A stretch of 63,804 nucleotides of DNA, filler included, from Octopus bimaculoides (taxonomy: Eukaryota), in NCBI RefSeq assembly GCF_001194135.2. It is 6 parts of 5 records of this genome, joined end to end, with 100 filler letters (N's around TTAATTAATTAA, not from the genome) between each part and the next. Parts side by side here need not be neighbours in the genome. Positions count along the whole stretch, not along the records: positions 62,313 to 63,804 come from NC_068988.1; 5 more parts are not named here. One strand, 5' to 3'. Below are positions 63,447 to 63,804 of the stretch, in pieces (the first letter of the stretch is position 1; each line of letters opens with the position of its first letter). The position numbers were made by a program, and so were the translations under genes. The notes beneath the pieces were generated by a model. The model was not told where the DNA came from. It saw nothing but the letters and a program-made list of their open reading frames with translations, and ran no database searches.

Positions 63447-63804
63447 NNNNNNNNNNTTACTTAAATAAATGGAATAGCATGAAACGTGCGTACTGCAACC
63501 ATCTTTGAAATCCATGCTGCTTATTTTGAATTTTTTTAATATATATATATATATATACAATTGTATATTTGTATGTATACACAGATGTATAAGTATATGT
63601 CTACTCATATGAGAGACCACTCTGTGATACAGCATCACTTACCTTATGATAATTCCTCAAATGTGAATCTAGCTGCATATCTAGTTAACAGTTCAGTTCA
63701 AAATTCTCCATCATCTTCTCTTCACCCTGCTTAGTTATTCCACCTTCTTCAGAATTTACATAGCATCAAATTTGCAGGGAAACTATATATATATATATAT
63801 ATAT

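Overview
AT-rich, microsatellite-dense animal genomic DNA. Its repeat content (tRNA-derived SINEs, RTE, Dong/R4, Tx1 and Penelope-like retroelements, mariner and MITEs) fits an octopus or other coleoid cephalopod draft assembly; this is inferred from the repeat families. The window is a concatenation of six pieces joined by N-TTAATTAATTAA-N linkers, so linkage across the linkers is not assured. Host genes: a complete 4-coding-exon PPP1R11 (PP1 inhibitor-3) on the minus strand (3337-16805), which the ORF track misses; the large first coding exon of the AAA+ ATPase SPATA5L1/AFG2B (60645-61742, +); and one intact tRNA-Ala(TGC). The most unusual structures are: (1) a 1.7-kb ORF1-only Tx1-type element with a 9-bp TSD, inserted in the 5' UTR of a mariner and sharing its 3' terminus with a nearby RT-encoding Tx1 LINE; (2) strand-polarised use of (AAT)n/(ATT)n tracts by Dong/R4 retrotransposons and a SINE subfamily; (3) TIR elements carrying telomeric TTAGGG repeats, including a head-to-head telomeric palindrome; (4) three long near-perfect hairpins, one inside the putative first intron of SPATA5L1. 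All coordinates were read by eye; TE boundaries without TIR/TSD support are approximate.
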